This document shows positions 11,101-18,292 of a DNA stretch of 64,000 nt, piece after piece. The DNA is taken from NCBI GenBank assembly GCA_965197475.1, contig CBDANF010000003.1, positions 1,504,001-1,568,000 on the forward strand, read 5' to 3'. How positions within the stretch are numbered: position 1 is the first letter of the stretch; the number at the start of each line of letters is the position of its first letter. Under the pieces are notes generated by a model, which saw nothing but the letters and a program-made list of their open reading frames with translations, was not told the DNA's origin and made no database searches. This stretch comes from Candidatus Poribacteria bacterium. Its GTDB lineage: Bacteria; Poribacteria; WGA-4E; WGA-3G. The position numbers and the translations under genes were made by a program.

Positions 11101-12531
11101 GATGGTGTCATTTACACCCAGTGGGTTACTGGGGTATCCACGGATCTGCGTATCCTCTGTCGAGATGACTGCATCCGAGGAGCGATAATACGTTAGGGTT
11201 GTCGCACTCGATTCTGCTGTGCCAGCATTTCTGAGGGTTGCATAGAGTCTAAACTGCTCTCCAGGTTCAACGGTATCGGGAACTGCCTCCACCGCTTCAA
11301 CGACCAAGTCAGGTGTTGATGGGACAACTTCTGCGGGGATACCGAGGGCAATACCGTCTGGAACATTCAACCCAGTGATGACGTCCTCAACGTTTGAACC
11401 ATCCAAGTTCGCACGCTGGATTTTACCGTTAGTAAACCTTTCCGTAGCAGGATTCCAGTCCGTATGTGTCCAATACATCTTTCCACCCACAACATCTAAT
11501 GCTATACCCCATGGAGCCTCCAGTCCGCTTGTGATGAGGTCTTGCACATTAGAGCCATCAAGGTTGGCACGTTGGATTTTATCCGTGCCATGGTCTATCC
11601 AGTACATCTTACCACCCGATACATCTAACGCTATACCTCTTGGAATGCTCAATCCCTGTGTAACGAGGTCTTCGACGTTGGAACCATCCAAATTCGCACG
11701 TTGGATTTTACTAGGACGCAAATTTGTCCAGTACATCTTACCACCCGACACGTCTAACGTTAAACCTGTTGGAGCGTCCAATCCCTGTGTAACGAGGTCT
11801 TCGACGTTGGAACCATCCAAATTCGCACGTTGGATTTTATCTGTCTGATTATCTACCCAGTACATCTTACCACCCGCTATATCTAACGCTATACCAAATG
11901 GAGAAGTTAGTCCGCTTGTGACGAGGTCTTGAACATTAGAGCCGTCAAGGTTTACGCGCTGGATTTTATCCGTGCCAGCATCTGTCCAATATATCGGTGG
12001 GCTATCGGGGTCAACGACAAGGACTTTGGGTTTGGTGGTTGCTGTCGGGGGTGTTGACGGTAAGTCTCCTGTGACCCGAAGAAGAGTTGAACTGACGTAT
12101 TTTTCCCTGACACCATCAACGTTCATCTCGATAACCACCGTGTATTCACCTGCGCTTGTTGGCGAATAGCCGCACAACTCTTGATCGCGTGCTGTAGTCG
12201 GAACATCAACCCATGGACTTGTTGAATTGTCTCGCCTTATCCATTTTGAACTGTGCATTTGGTAGCTGACACCGTTAATCGAAATGGTACCCTCGCCCTG
12301 TATACAACCTCCGATCCCAACACTTTGAAATAGACCTCCAATTCTGAAGACAATGCGATCTTCTGATACAGTAAGTCCGTCTAACACAGTATATCCGGTA
12401 GGTGGCGAGACGTAATTTTCGACGACTTCTATGCTTAATGCGTAACCAACACAAGGCAGCCCACATATCAACAATACCACTATAAGAATTGACATGTTGA
12501 TTTTTCGATTCACAACTAACATTTTCATCAT
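2104..12531 (-). CDS. Giant secreted eukaryote-like protein: YWTD (LDL-receptor class B) repeats, CARDB, internalin-type LRRs, Big-1 Ig-like, several capped typical-LRR modules, two cadherin domains, Ig-like repeats, C-terminal FlgD-Ig/T9SS-like sorting domain
   Basis: Signal peptide; GGKMYWTD..KIQRANLDGS repeats; PDLVVE..CARDB; IPDANLR internalin cap; LTTLPAGIFDNLT LRRs; APVF..RSVAEN..LDYET cadherins; C-terminal NYPNPFNPETWIPYQL...ASGVYFY...TRKMLIRK. Confidence 0.9.
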   Translation of the reverse strand: MMKMLVVNRKINMSILIVVLLICGLPCVGYALSIEVVENYVSPPTGYTVLDGLTVSEDRIVFRIGGLFQSVGIGGCIQGEGTISINGVSYQMHSSKWIRRDNSTSPWVDVPTTARDQELCGYSPTSAGEYTVVIEMNVDGVREKYVSSTLLRVTGDLPSTPPTATTKPKVLVVDPDSPPIYWTDAGTDKIQRVNLDGSNVQDLVTSGLTSPFGIALDIAGGKMYWVDNQTDKIQRANLDGSNVEDLVTQGLDAPTGLTLDVSGGKMYWTNLRPSKIQRANLDGSNVEDLVTQGLSIPRGIALDVSGGKMYWIDHGTDKIQRANLDGSNVQDLITSGLEAPWGIALDVVGGKMYWTHTDWNPATERFTNGKIQRANLDGSNVEDVITGLNVPDGIALGIPAEVVPSTPDLVVEAVEAVPDTVEPGEQFRLYATLRNAGTAESSATTLTYYRSSDAVISTEDTQIRGYPSNPLGVNDTIRRYITVTAPTTPGTYYYGACVDSVTGESNTDNNCSIAVSVTVTAPAEVIVDIPDANLRAKIESALGKTSGATISETEMETLTTLNAQAASINNLTGLETATNLTTLILGDNSVSDISALAGLTNLAELQLWDNNITNFSSLSGLTNLSKLYLWGNSISDISHLSGLINLTQLRLNENSITDISTVSNLINLTQLYLNENTITDISAVAGLTNLTELVIGNNTISGISSIQNLINLEWLDMPNNSISDISAVQNLTSLGKLYFQNNAVSDLSPLVANTELGMDDEIDARGNLLSYPSIYTHIPTLQVRNVIVDFDNRTVTAVEKISGDTQQADIGTTLAQPFVVEVRDASDVAFEGVPVTFSVTAGGGTLSTINVTTNADGIAESTLTLGNIVGISTVDVSVQDVSQTITFTATAASQYIFGVRTPQVAEAILNAVKSNDLNVSSIADITASHLAGITYLYLRRQNITSLKHGDFSGLTALQRLDLSGNQLSSLPQGLFDDLTALEGLYLSLYSSGNQLSSLPPSIFDNLTALESLSLSYNQLSSLPQGLFDNLTSLKGLYLHNNLLTTLPAGIFDNLSELEVLYLHNTPLSSLPQGLFDNLTALEILHLHNNLLTTLPAGIFDNLTALEILHLHNNLLTTLPAGIFDNLTALERLHLFNNYLTSLPPGIFDNLTSLLYLNHKNKPYPLSIGLEKIGEGQFKAVLPTPAPIDLELPLIFANGSINGGATSITIPKGNSESGLLTMTRTPNTTAAVIVDIVSLPSLSNSDGRIVHEFLRSSLPLTVISALPGAPTPVSERSPKILDAIIGSVPEIDPTLHNVEREYIIDGVYSKKNYNMGHFVTEAHLTAITTLNASSGGSNLDLGGNWFSDSQALTELKYGDFDGLDNLIEIRLDGNKLSSIPDRIFDNLTHLTTLNLSSNVISTLPVGIFDNNTNLQELYINNNQLSSLPEGLFDNLTHLTTLNLSSNQLNSLPDRPFHNLTNLTHLYLSNNPLISVQRSDFDHLTNLIVLTLPDDISGTQVPDFSGDTPVTDRTQQVQDAIVAAVPGVNTATDITEVHLAAITVLDLTNKNITELKPGDFDGMPNLDALGLDNNEFTTLPDNIFQYLTNLRTLFISNTNLNSLPITIFDTFTNLNVLNLSSNELNSIPDGIFDNLTKLVILDMSNNQLRMLPAGLFENLPSLNAVNLANNQFRSLTTGIFKGIFDDRDDFTIKAFYIYLITGEVISQDSIIPDDLVIPDTTINLKGNPVDPLPLSVGLEHAGDGQFKAVVPSGAPFDLELTLRIAYGVIDVGVENITIPVGDVESEIFSVSRIPGTTFAVTADIETLPQLAEKHSGYTLVKSDDLPLVFNEFGGEVFTPISHRTPQVVNAIVDAIPDVNSAAEVTKSHLTVIEELDISDQNITTLKHGDFDGLTSLNTLTIFDCELISLPADIFNGLTALETLGLSGNPLTTLPAGIFDGLTSLTKLAIENNQLNTLPLGVFDRLIELISIHMPGNNITSLPVGVFEGLTALQGINLSHNQLTTLPAGVFEGLTILQEIDLSHNQLTTLPAGVFEGLTALQGIGLTGNALTALPAGIFDGLTSLNGLQLSEIGVDPLPLNISLEKVADGQFKAVAPAGATFTIVLPISVTNGSIVGGASTITISVGSVESEVLTVTRTPDTTGAVTVNIGTLPNLPSNHAGYTLVKSADLPLSYPLPEIRSLLGNRTPQVRDAIVEAVPGVNNAADVTEAHLAAITVLNLSNKGITALKSGDFDGLTALTTIRLWDNELTTLPADIFDGLTALDNLYLRDNELTTLPADIFDGLTTLTTLYLSNNSFTTLPADIFDGLTALDSLALYANSFTTLPADIFDGLTALDSLYLYANELTTLPAGIFDDITALTTLHLGNNAFTTLPAGIFDRLTSLSELSLANNDLSALPDGIFKGLNRLSLVSLGGNTVDPFPINVSLEKVADGQFKAVAPTGAPFDIVLLISVTDGSISGGTTNITISAGSVESEVFTVSRTTGTTDAVLVDIDTLPELPHNHSGYAFVKSAELPLAVFDAVVTNTAPVFTDGSSTTRSVAENTESGQNIGTPVSAADADSGDTLTYSLSGTDAAAFSIDTATGQLQTMAALDYETQSSFSVIITVSDARGGTDTIEITINITDVAETESVGTDTTTNVCQVGDILTPGQSCTYPDSEAVFSVSEDGRSKWNIPNLPWLLSWINQVSNDDSMSISATVDNKEYRFVATKVDGNSWEIKEIADNRSNTQPDDATLNNAPVFSDGDSTTRSIAENTAAGENIGTAVAATDADSEDTLTYSLTGTDAAAFSIDTSTGQLQTNAALDYETKSSYSVTVSVSDGNGGTDSIDITINITDVSETDVSDQNYCAVGDLLEPGDSCIDPGTNSTFTVRENGSASHVGGGLFQIAQGKNTIIQSKGTINGVKHNFVAERIDGNTWQIKEVTPKEEIKESEELEEVEVVEDDEDESEPQSVGATPTLTVSKGASLTEATLHGSVITLKLVNGVFDRSSVTIRNAITLSGITGVTVDTFGVTRVGDTQVTIELEYEGNLTVDDTLTVSVGAAAIKDYDGDNLIAQIPVTANTESVSASTTEPLTEATLHGSVVTLTLSGRKYASSIDIRNAVSVSGIAGVTIPWHDPDKESDTEATIKLEFDGTNFDTNATLTITVEAEAIAGYNGPALTTQISVAAVSESVAASTAAPLTEAALDGSVITLTLSGRKFERSIFVISDAVSVTGISGVTVGTFDIDRQSDTEITIELTFDGNLTTDGTLTITVGADAIAGYNGPALTTQISVAAVSESVSASTAAPLTEAALDGSVITLTLSGRKFERSIFVISDAVSVTGISGVTVGTFDIDRQSDTEITIELTFDGNLTTDGTLTITVGADAIAEYNGPALTAQVTVTASRENALAANYPNPFNPETWIPYQLSKPADVTLTIYDIKGHVVRTLDLGHQRAGLYQARSRAAHWDGRNNIGEKVASGVYFYMFTAGDFTATRKMLIRK
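2426..3067. repeat. Near-identical 321-bp tandem duplication (107-aa Ig-like domain x2)
   Basis: agtgctggtccgttgtat recurs at 2426, 2747 and 3068; the two units are almost identical at DNA level. Confidence 0.9.
5402..5800. repeat. 72-bp tandem LRR-coding repeats
   Basis: tcaaagatgtcagccggcaa recurs with a 72-nt period; a similar array lies at ~9140-9660. Confidence 0.85.
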
Positions 12532-12641
12532 AAACTCCTTTTGAGTGATTTTCCGATTGCAATGTGCAATCGGGGTATTGAATGGAAGGCTGGAAGCGTG
12601 TTATCTTCATCTTCTAACCTTCCATGTTTCTCTAATATGCG

Positions 12642-15600
12642 TTACTTCCGTATCAACATCTTGCGGGTTGCGGTGAAATCGCCTGCGGTGAGGGTGTAAA
12701 AATAGACACCACTTGCAGCAGGTTCACCGACTGCGTTTCTGCCATCCCAATGCGCAGCACGGCTGCGAGCCTGATACAGGCCTGCACGCTGATGCCCCAA
12801 ATCTAAGACACGTATAACATGTCCCTTGATGTCATATATCGTCAGTGTGACATCGGCAGGTTTTGACAACTGATACGGTATCCACGTCTCTGGGTTGAAC
12901 GGGTTCGGATAATTCGCAAGCAGTGCGGTTTCTTCCGGTGTGAACAGTGCCAAGAGTCGCTCCAGAACAGCAATACCCCGTTGGTAGGTGCGAGAGGTGT
13001 TTCCTGATGCGCGTGCCTCAATGAGATATCCTTGGAGTTGTGCTTTCGTGAAATGTGATTGCACATGCGCGCGGGCAGCGGGTGCAGCTGCCGCACTGTC
13101 TACCGCGGCCGCAACCAAGATGAAATCGTCCACGTTGACAATTTCATCTCCGTTGACATCCGCAGCATTGCTCCCGGTACGTCCATACCGTTGTGCGACT
13201 ACAATCAGATCATTAACATCCACAATCCCATCACGGTTCACGTCCTCCTTTACGATTGCGGGATTAACTGGAGAAAAAATGCCAATGGCTATGCCGTCTG
13301 GCCTGTCTAATCCTTGTGTGACGAGGTCTTCGATGTTTGAGCCGTCCAAGTTCGCACGTTGGATTTTATCTGTGCCAAAATCTGTCCAATACATCTTGCC
13401 ACCCACAACATCTAACGCTATGCTCCTTGGATATCTCAATCCTTGTGTGACAAGGTCTTCAACATTGGATCCATCCAGGTTTGCCCGTTGGATTTTATCT
13501 GTGCCAAAATCTGTCCAATACATCTTGCCACCTACCTCGTCTAACGCTATGCCCCTTGGCAAGCTCAATCCTTGTGTGACAAGGTCTTGAACGTCTGATC
13601 CATCAAAGTTTGCCCGTTGGATTTTTGTTGTGCCAAAATCCGTCCAATACATCTTGCCATCCACAACATTTAACGCTATACCCCTTGGCTCCTCCAATCC
13701 TTGTGTGACAAGGTCTTCAACATTGGATCCATCCAGGTTGGCACGTTGGATTTTATCTGTGCCATTATCAGTCCAATACATCTTGCCACCCACAACATCT
13801 AACGCTATGCTCCCTGGATATCTCAATCCTTGTGTGACAAGGTCTTCAACATTGGATCCATCCAGGTTTGCCCGTTGGATTTTATCTGTGCCAAAATCTG
13901 TCCAATACATCTTGCCACCTGCCACGTCTAACGCTATGCCCCTTGGCAAGCTCAATCCTTGTGTGACAAGGTCTTGAACGTCTGATCCATCAAGGTTTGC
14001 CCGTTGGATTTTTGTTGTGCCAAAATCCGTCCAAAAAATGGTTAGCCGAGCTTCATCTCTATTTGCAGTGACAAGTATTTCTGTGGTTAGCGCGGTGCCT
14101 TTATGGTTAGTTATCGCACCATCGGCAACGTTGAAGGTTAGTGGGGTATCAGTGAATAAGTCAGTACCATCAAATTTTAGTTCAAACGTCACTTGTCTAT
14201 CACTGATACGTTGCACTGTATCGGTATCTAAGGTTACACCGTTGATACCAGAAACGTTCACCGCCTCTTTGATTGTGGCAATATCCTCCTCAAAAGCGGC
14301 CCCCGTAATTGCTAACTTGACAGTGCTCCCATTCAACGTTGCTTCTGTCAACGGAGACACGGCCGAAGCGGAAATAAATTCTTTCAAAGCAGTGACAGGT
14401 ATTTCTGTCGTAATATCTTCACCTATATTGTTGGCTATTGCTCCTGTTGCGATGCTAAAGGTGAGTGCGGAATTCGTATCAAAATCGGTGTCATCATAAT
14501 TCAGTTCAACTGTAATTTCTGTATCGCTAATACGTTGCGCAGTAGTGGTATCTAAGGTTACACCACTTATGCCAGAGACCTTCAACGCCTCTCTAATTGT
14601 GGAGATGTCTTGTTCATAAGCGGCACCAGTCAGTGTCAGGGTGACAGTGCTTCCATCCAGCGTCGTTTCTGTCAACGAAGACACAACCGAAGCAGAAACA
14701 CCTTCTTTGATAGTGGTTACAGATATTTCTGTCGTAATATCTTCACCTATATTGTTGGCTATTGCTCCTGTTGCGATGCTAAAGGTGAGTGTGGAATCCG
14801 TATCAAAATCGGTGTCATCATAATCCAGTTCAACTGTAATTTCTGTATCGCTAATACGTTGCGCAGTAATGGTATCTAAGGTTACACCGTTGATACCAGA
14901 GACGGTTACTGCCTCTTTGATTTTGGAGATGTCCTGCTCAAAAACAGCATCTGTAAGGATTAGCGTGACAGTGCTTCCATCCAGCGTCGTTTCTGTCAAT
15001 GGAGACACGACCGAAGCAGAAACAAACTCTTTCACAGCAGTGACAGGTATTTCTGAGGTAAGTGTTTCTCCTATGTCACCTACGATAGCTGATGCATCAA
15101 TACTAAAGGTAAGGACTGTATCCGTGTCAAAGTCAGTATCATCAAAATCCAGTCCAACCGTTATTTCTCTATCGCTGAGGCGTTGTGCTGTAGCAGTGTC
15201 TATCGTTACGCCATCGATACCTGTTACCGTCACGGCATTTATGATCGTGGCAACGTCCGCCTCGTAAGCACCAGTACCCCAACTTAATGTCAATGTGATC
15301 ATACTCTCATCCAAAGTTGTCTCTGTCAACGGAGGTGTAGCGGATGCAAATACGCCTTTATAAGGGGTGACTGGGACTTCTGCAGTGAGTGCGGGACCGT
15401 CGTAGTTATCGATTGCAGCTGCTTCAACGGTGAAGGTGAGCGTGGCATCGGTCTCAAAGTCACCGTCAAATTTAAGCTCAACCGTGACCGTTGTGTCATT
15501 TACTCTATTCACCCGTTCTACCTGCCTGTATCTGGTTTCATAGTATCCCGCACACCATCCGACACAGAACGGATTGAACGGGACGAATTGCCTGTAGCTC

Positions 15601-15869
15601 TCCTGATGTCCATTGAGAAGGACCCCTTCAATGCCTGACACTGATAGCGCATCTGTGATACTTTTCTCGCTCTCGATCCATGTCTGATCGGTCAGTTTCA
15701 ACGTCACCGTCTGCCCATCCAAGTCCGCCTCTGTCAACGTCTGTACTGTTTCTACTTGCAATTCAACAGCAGGATCAGCGGCGGAACTCACGCCTTGTAA
15801 TCCACATAGCAACACTAACATCACGAGAATTGACAAAATAATTTTCCTATTCGTAACTAACATTTTCAT
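12642..15869 (-). CDS. Secreted protein: Ig-like repeats, six-bladed YWTD propeller, dockerin-like EF-hand pair, C-terminal sorting domain
   Basis: Signal peptide MKMLVTNRK.. after AAGGAG RBS; PLTE.TLDGS.VTL.L repeats; MYWTDFGTDKIQRANLDGS-type repeats; EDVNRDGIVDVNDL/ADVNGDEIVNVDDF; NYPNPFNPETW. Confidence 0.9.
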   Translation of the reverse strand: MKMLVTNRKIILSILVMLVLLCGLQGVSSAADPAVELQVETVQTLTEADLDGQTVTLKLTDQTWIESEKSITDALSVSGIEGVLLNGHQESYRQFVPFNPFCVGWCAGYYETRYRQVERVNRVNDTTVTVELKFDGDFETDATLTFTVEAAAIDNYDGPALTAEVPVTPYKGVFASATPPLTETTLDESMITLTLSWGTGAYEADVATIINAVTVTGIDGVTIDTATAQRLSDREITVGLDFDDTDFDTDTVLTFSIDASAIVGDIGETLTSEIPVTAVKEFVSASVVSPLTETTLDGSTVTLILTDAVFEQDISKIKEAVTVSGINGVTLDTITAQRISDTEITVELDYDDTDFDTDSTLTFSIATGAIANNIGEDITTEISVTTIKEGVSASVVSSLTETTLDGSTVTLTLTGAAYEQDISTIREALKVSGISGVTLDTTTAQRISDTEITVELNYDDTDFDTNSALTFSIATGAIANNIGEDITTEIPVTALKEFISASAVSPLTEATLNGSTVKLAITGAAFEEDIATIKEAVNVSGINGVTLDTDTVQRISDRQVTFELKFDGTDLFTDTPLTFNVADGAITNHKGTALTTEILVTANRDEARLTIFWTDFGTTKIQRANLDGSDVQDLVTQGLSLPRGIALDVAGGKMYWTDFGTDKIQRANLDGSNVEDLVTQGLRYPGSIALDVVGGKMYWTDNGTDKIQRANLDGSNVEDLVTQGLEEPRGIALNVVDGKMYWTDFGTTKIQRANFDGSDVQDLVTQGLSLPRGIALDEVGGKMYWTDFGTDKIQRANLDGSNVEDLVTQGLRYPRSIALDVVGGKMYWTDFGTDKIQRANLDGSNIEDLVTQGLDRPDGIAIGIFSPVNPAIVKEDVNRDGIVDVNDLIVVAQRYGRTGSNAADVNGDEIVNVDDFILVAAAVDSAAAAPAARAHVQSHFTKAQLQGYLIEARASGNTSRTYQRGIAVLERLLALFTPEETALLANYPNPFNPETWIPYQLSKPADVTLTIYDIKGHVIRVLDLGHQRAGLYQARSRAAHWDGRNAVGEPAASGVYFYTLTAGDFTATRKMLIRK

Positions 15870-15986
15870 AAGAAACTCCTTTGTAAACATTCCTTGAAGA
15901 TCAGGTGGACAAAGCCACCCACCATTTTTGAAATAGGTTGTAGTTGAGTTGGTTAATGCATTCAGGACTTACGCAAAATCCTATTA

Positions 15987-16137
15987 TACCAAATTTATTT
16001 GATTCATCGTCTTCACATACCGCTCCGCTGGAGCGGAAGACAGAAAACTCCGCGTGTACTATAAACATACCGCTCCGCTGGAGCGAAAGAGTGAAAAAAG
16101 CACTGGAAAAAACAAGACGAATTACGTTAATTTGGTA
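15987..16137. mobile_element. MITE (TACCAAATT...AATTTGGTA family) nested in the previous element, carrying a REP-like doublet
   Basis: TTA direct repeat on both flanks; internal acataccgctccgctggagcg x2. Confidence 0.7.
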
Positions 16138-16269
16138 TTATTTGTAGTTGCGGCGAGGTCAGAAAACCTGCTTACTATGGGGTGCGTAGGTCCTAAGTAA
16201 TTCCGAACGATCTTTCATGCAAGACAATTAGTTAGTTTTGTAAAATTAATATATAATTGACTTATATGA

Positions 16270-16298
16270 AGTATATGCCAGGCATTAAATAGAGTCAA
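16270..16298 (-). promoter_or_regulatory. sigma70 promoter facing the two giant-protein genes
   Basis: Minus strand TTGACT, 17 nt, TATACT. Confidence 0.6.
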
Positions 16299-16401
16299 GC
16301 AAAAAATGAAATTTAGTGGGGTTTTGGGAAAATTAGTCGGATTTTTAAGTGTTAAGGCATCATAATATCATCGGATAACATAATTCTAAAATGCGTAAGT
16401 C

Positions 16402-17500
16402 CTAGCATTTATATCCAACCGCTCCAAGTTCATTCCGAATTTTGTTTATTTCAGCAGTAGACAATTGACACAGTGGTCTGCGCATGGTCATTGATGGAAA
16501 TCTACCCATCAACCATCTGGCACACTTCATCCGCTGGTGTGCATCGCTACTCGGTTCACCGAAGTTATAAACAATCCGAGCCAAAGTATCTACCTGATTG
16601 CGTGCCTTACGTGCGCCTATCAAATCGTTGTTGAGCGCGGCGTGTACGACAGCAACCATCAATTCTGGGACAAATCCAGCAAATCCGATGAGCGCGCCGT
16701 CGCTGCCTTCTAAAAGTGAAGCAAGCAAATATTCGTCATGACAGGTTAAAATAGGGACATGCGGTGCAGCTTCTTTCAATTGTTCGTAATCCCACCGCCA
16801 ACGTGCCATGTCGCGGGTGCCCATTTTGATGCAGACAACTTGTGGAATTTTCACTATCTCCAACATCTCTTCAAGGCTATATCCCGCCTTTGTCCAAGCA
16901 GGGTATTGATGCATAATAATGGGTATATCCGCACCTTCAGCGACATCTTGAAAGTAACCGACTGCTGTTTCAGGTGTCCTACCGAAACGTAACCAGTGAT
17001 GCGCAGGCATCAACAGAATCGCATCTGCCCCCGCTTCCTTCGCTGCAAGTGCATCGTCAATTGCAGGCAAACTCCCTTCCGCACTAACGCCCGAAACAAC
17101 TTTAACCTTTTCACCAACAGCTTCGGCAGTGATTTGGGTGACGCGCTGCCGTTCATGTGGACAGAGCGACATGATTTCACCGGTGTGCCCGTTACAGACA
17201 ACCCCTTTTATGCCATCAACGCTGGCAAGTTCCTGCATATACCGACATAAACCGGCTTCATCAATTGATTCATCTGAATGGAAAGGACAGAGCGTTGCCG
17301 GAAGGACACCTGCCCATGGATGTTGTTGCCAATTATAGTAGATTTTAGAATTACTTGGACATTGTTATCGGTCCAGTTGGGAAACAGTTCCTACCGCATA
17401 TTTTGTAGCACAAACTTTTAGTTTGTGTCGTCCTTGCGCAAACTGAAAGTGGACGCTACAGCAGTGTCCAGATAATTACAGATTTTACTATAAGATTCAT
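16402..17500 (-). pseudogene. Dihydrodipicolinate synthase/class I aldolase family gene interrupted near codon 4 by a MITE
   Basis: GHTGE and Schiff-base region IKMG in the 278-aa ORF; the frame extends upstream as NWQQHPWAGVLPATLCPF...SIDE without a start; removing 17336-17490 plus one TA restores ATG AAT CTT AAT TGG. Confidence 0.75.
17336..17490. mobile_element. MITE with ~26-bp imperfect TIRs and TA target duplication (IS630/Tc1-like ends)
   Basis: tagtagattttagaattacttggaca versus reverse complement of tgtccagataattacagattttacta; TA at 17334-35 and 17491-92; internal GTAG-type REP pair. Confidence 0.8.
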
Positions 17501-17803
17501 GGGGTTATCAATACCTCTCTTTCATTAGAGATGAGGAAAACGCATTGACGCATCAAATCACTTGGTCGAATGTCATAAGCGCATTCAGCGTTGATTTGCT
17601 ACCATAATAAATAAGGATAAACACGGAATTCCGTAATAGTTTTCAATTTGACATCATTTTAACTTGATTTTGAATCCAAAGTCAAGTATTATTTTAAGAT
17701 AAAGAATTCATTCCTATCCAAGTTTTACTGATTTTCAACAACTATAGTTGAGTCCGTTAGGACGTTCTAAGAGACTTTTCGTATTGTTACGGAGGTAGTT
17801 AAC

Positions 17804-18235
17804 ATGAAACAGAGACGAATGAAGATTATCGCTGCCAGTGTCATTATATTCAGTGCTTTAGTGGTATTGGTGGTTGCGGGGATTAGAAACACGGGCGTGC
17901 GACATTTTACCCCTGCTGACCTTGTTGCTAATGCCAATACAATGGACAATCAAAATGTTCAGGTTGATGGAGTCATTGCTGAGGAAAGTTCTACATGGGA
18001 TGCTGCCAATTTTAAGTTGACCTTTGCTATACAAGAACGGGAAGGCAGTGAGACAGTCAACGTTATTTACGCTAAACGTCTTAAACCGGACAACTTCACT
18101 GATGGTGGCAGCGTTTTTGTAGAAGGCAAATATAACGCGGAGAAAAACCTGATTGTCGCTTCAAAACTACAAACGAAATGTGCTTCCAAATACGAAGGCG
18201 CGGAGAGTGCTACATCTAAAAGTGTTTCCTACTAA
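17804..18235 (+). CDS. ccmE: Cytochrome c maturation heme chaperone, CxxxY variant
   Basis: N-terminal TM, OB-fold pattern PDNF..G..V.VEG, motif KCASKY. Confidence 0.9.
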   Translation: MKQRRMKIIAASVIIFSALVVLVVAGIRNTGVRHFTPADLVANANTMDNQNVQVDGVIAEESSTWDAANFKLTFAIQEREGSETVNVIYAKRLKPDNFTDGGSVFVEGKYNAEKNLIVASKLQTKCASKYEGAESATSKSVSY

Positions 18236-18292
18236 TTTTGCATATCAAGAACTCGCGACACTTTGTTCCAGTGATATTATTAGAGGGTCAAT

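Larger units (their letters stand above)
15963..16404. mobile_element. MITE-type region with CAGGACTTACGCA ends (alternative inner right end at 16183-16195)
   Basis: caggacttacgca at 15963; tgcgtaggtccta at 16183 and tgcgtaagtccta at 16392; GCATT on both flanks (15958-62, 16405-09); same TIR as 41978-42098. Confidence 0.6.

Noticed and set aside
2416-15267. Many long plus-strand ORFs opposite the giant genes
   Set aside because: Antisense shadows of repetitive coding sequence.
2104-15869. Diversity-generating retroelement acting on the repeat proteins
   Set aside because: No reverse transcriptase in the window, repeats are in-frame coding units, and I saw no adenine-specific pattern of differences.
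16015-16085. Two 21-nt palindromic repeats about 29 nt apart, resembling a mini-CRISPR
   Set aside because: Only two units, inside a MITE, with a related doublet at 32291; fits a REP doublet.
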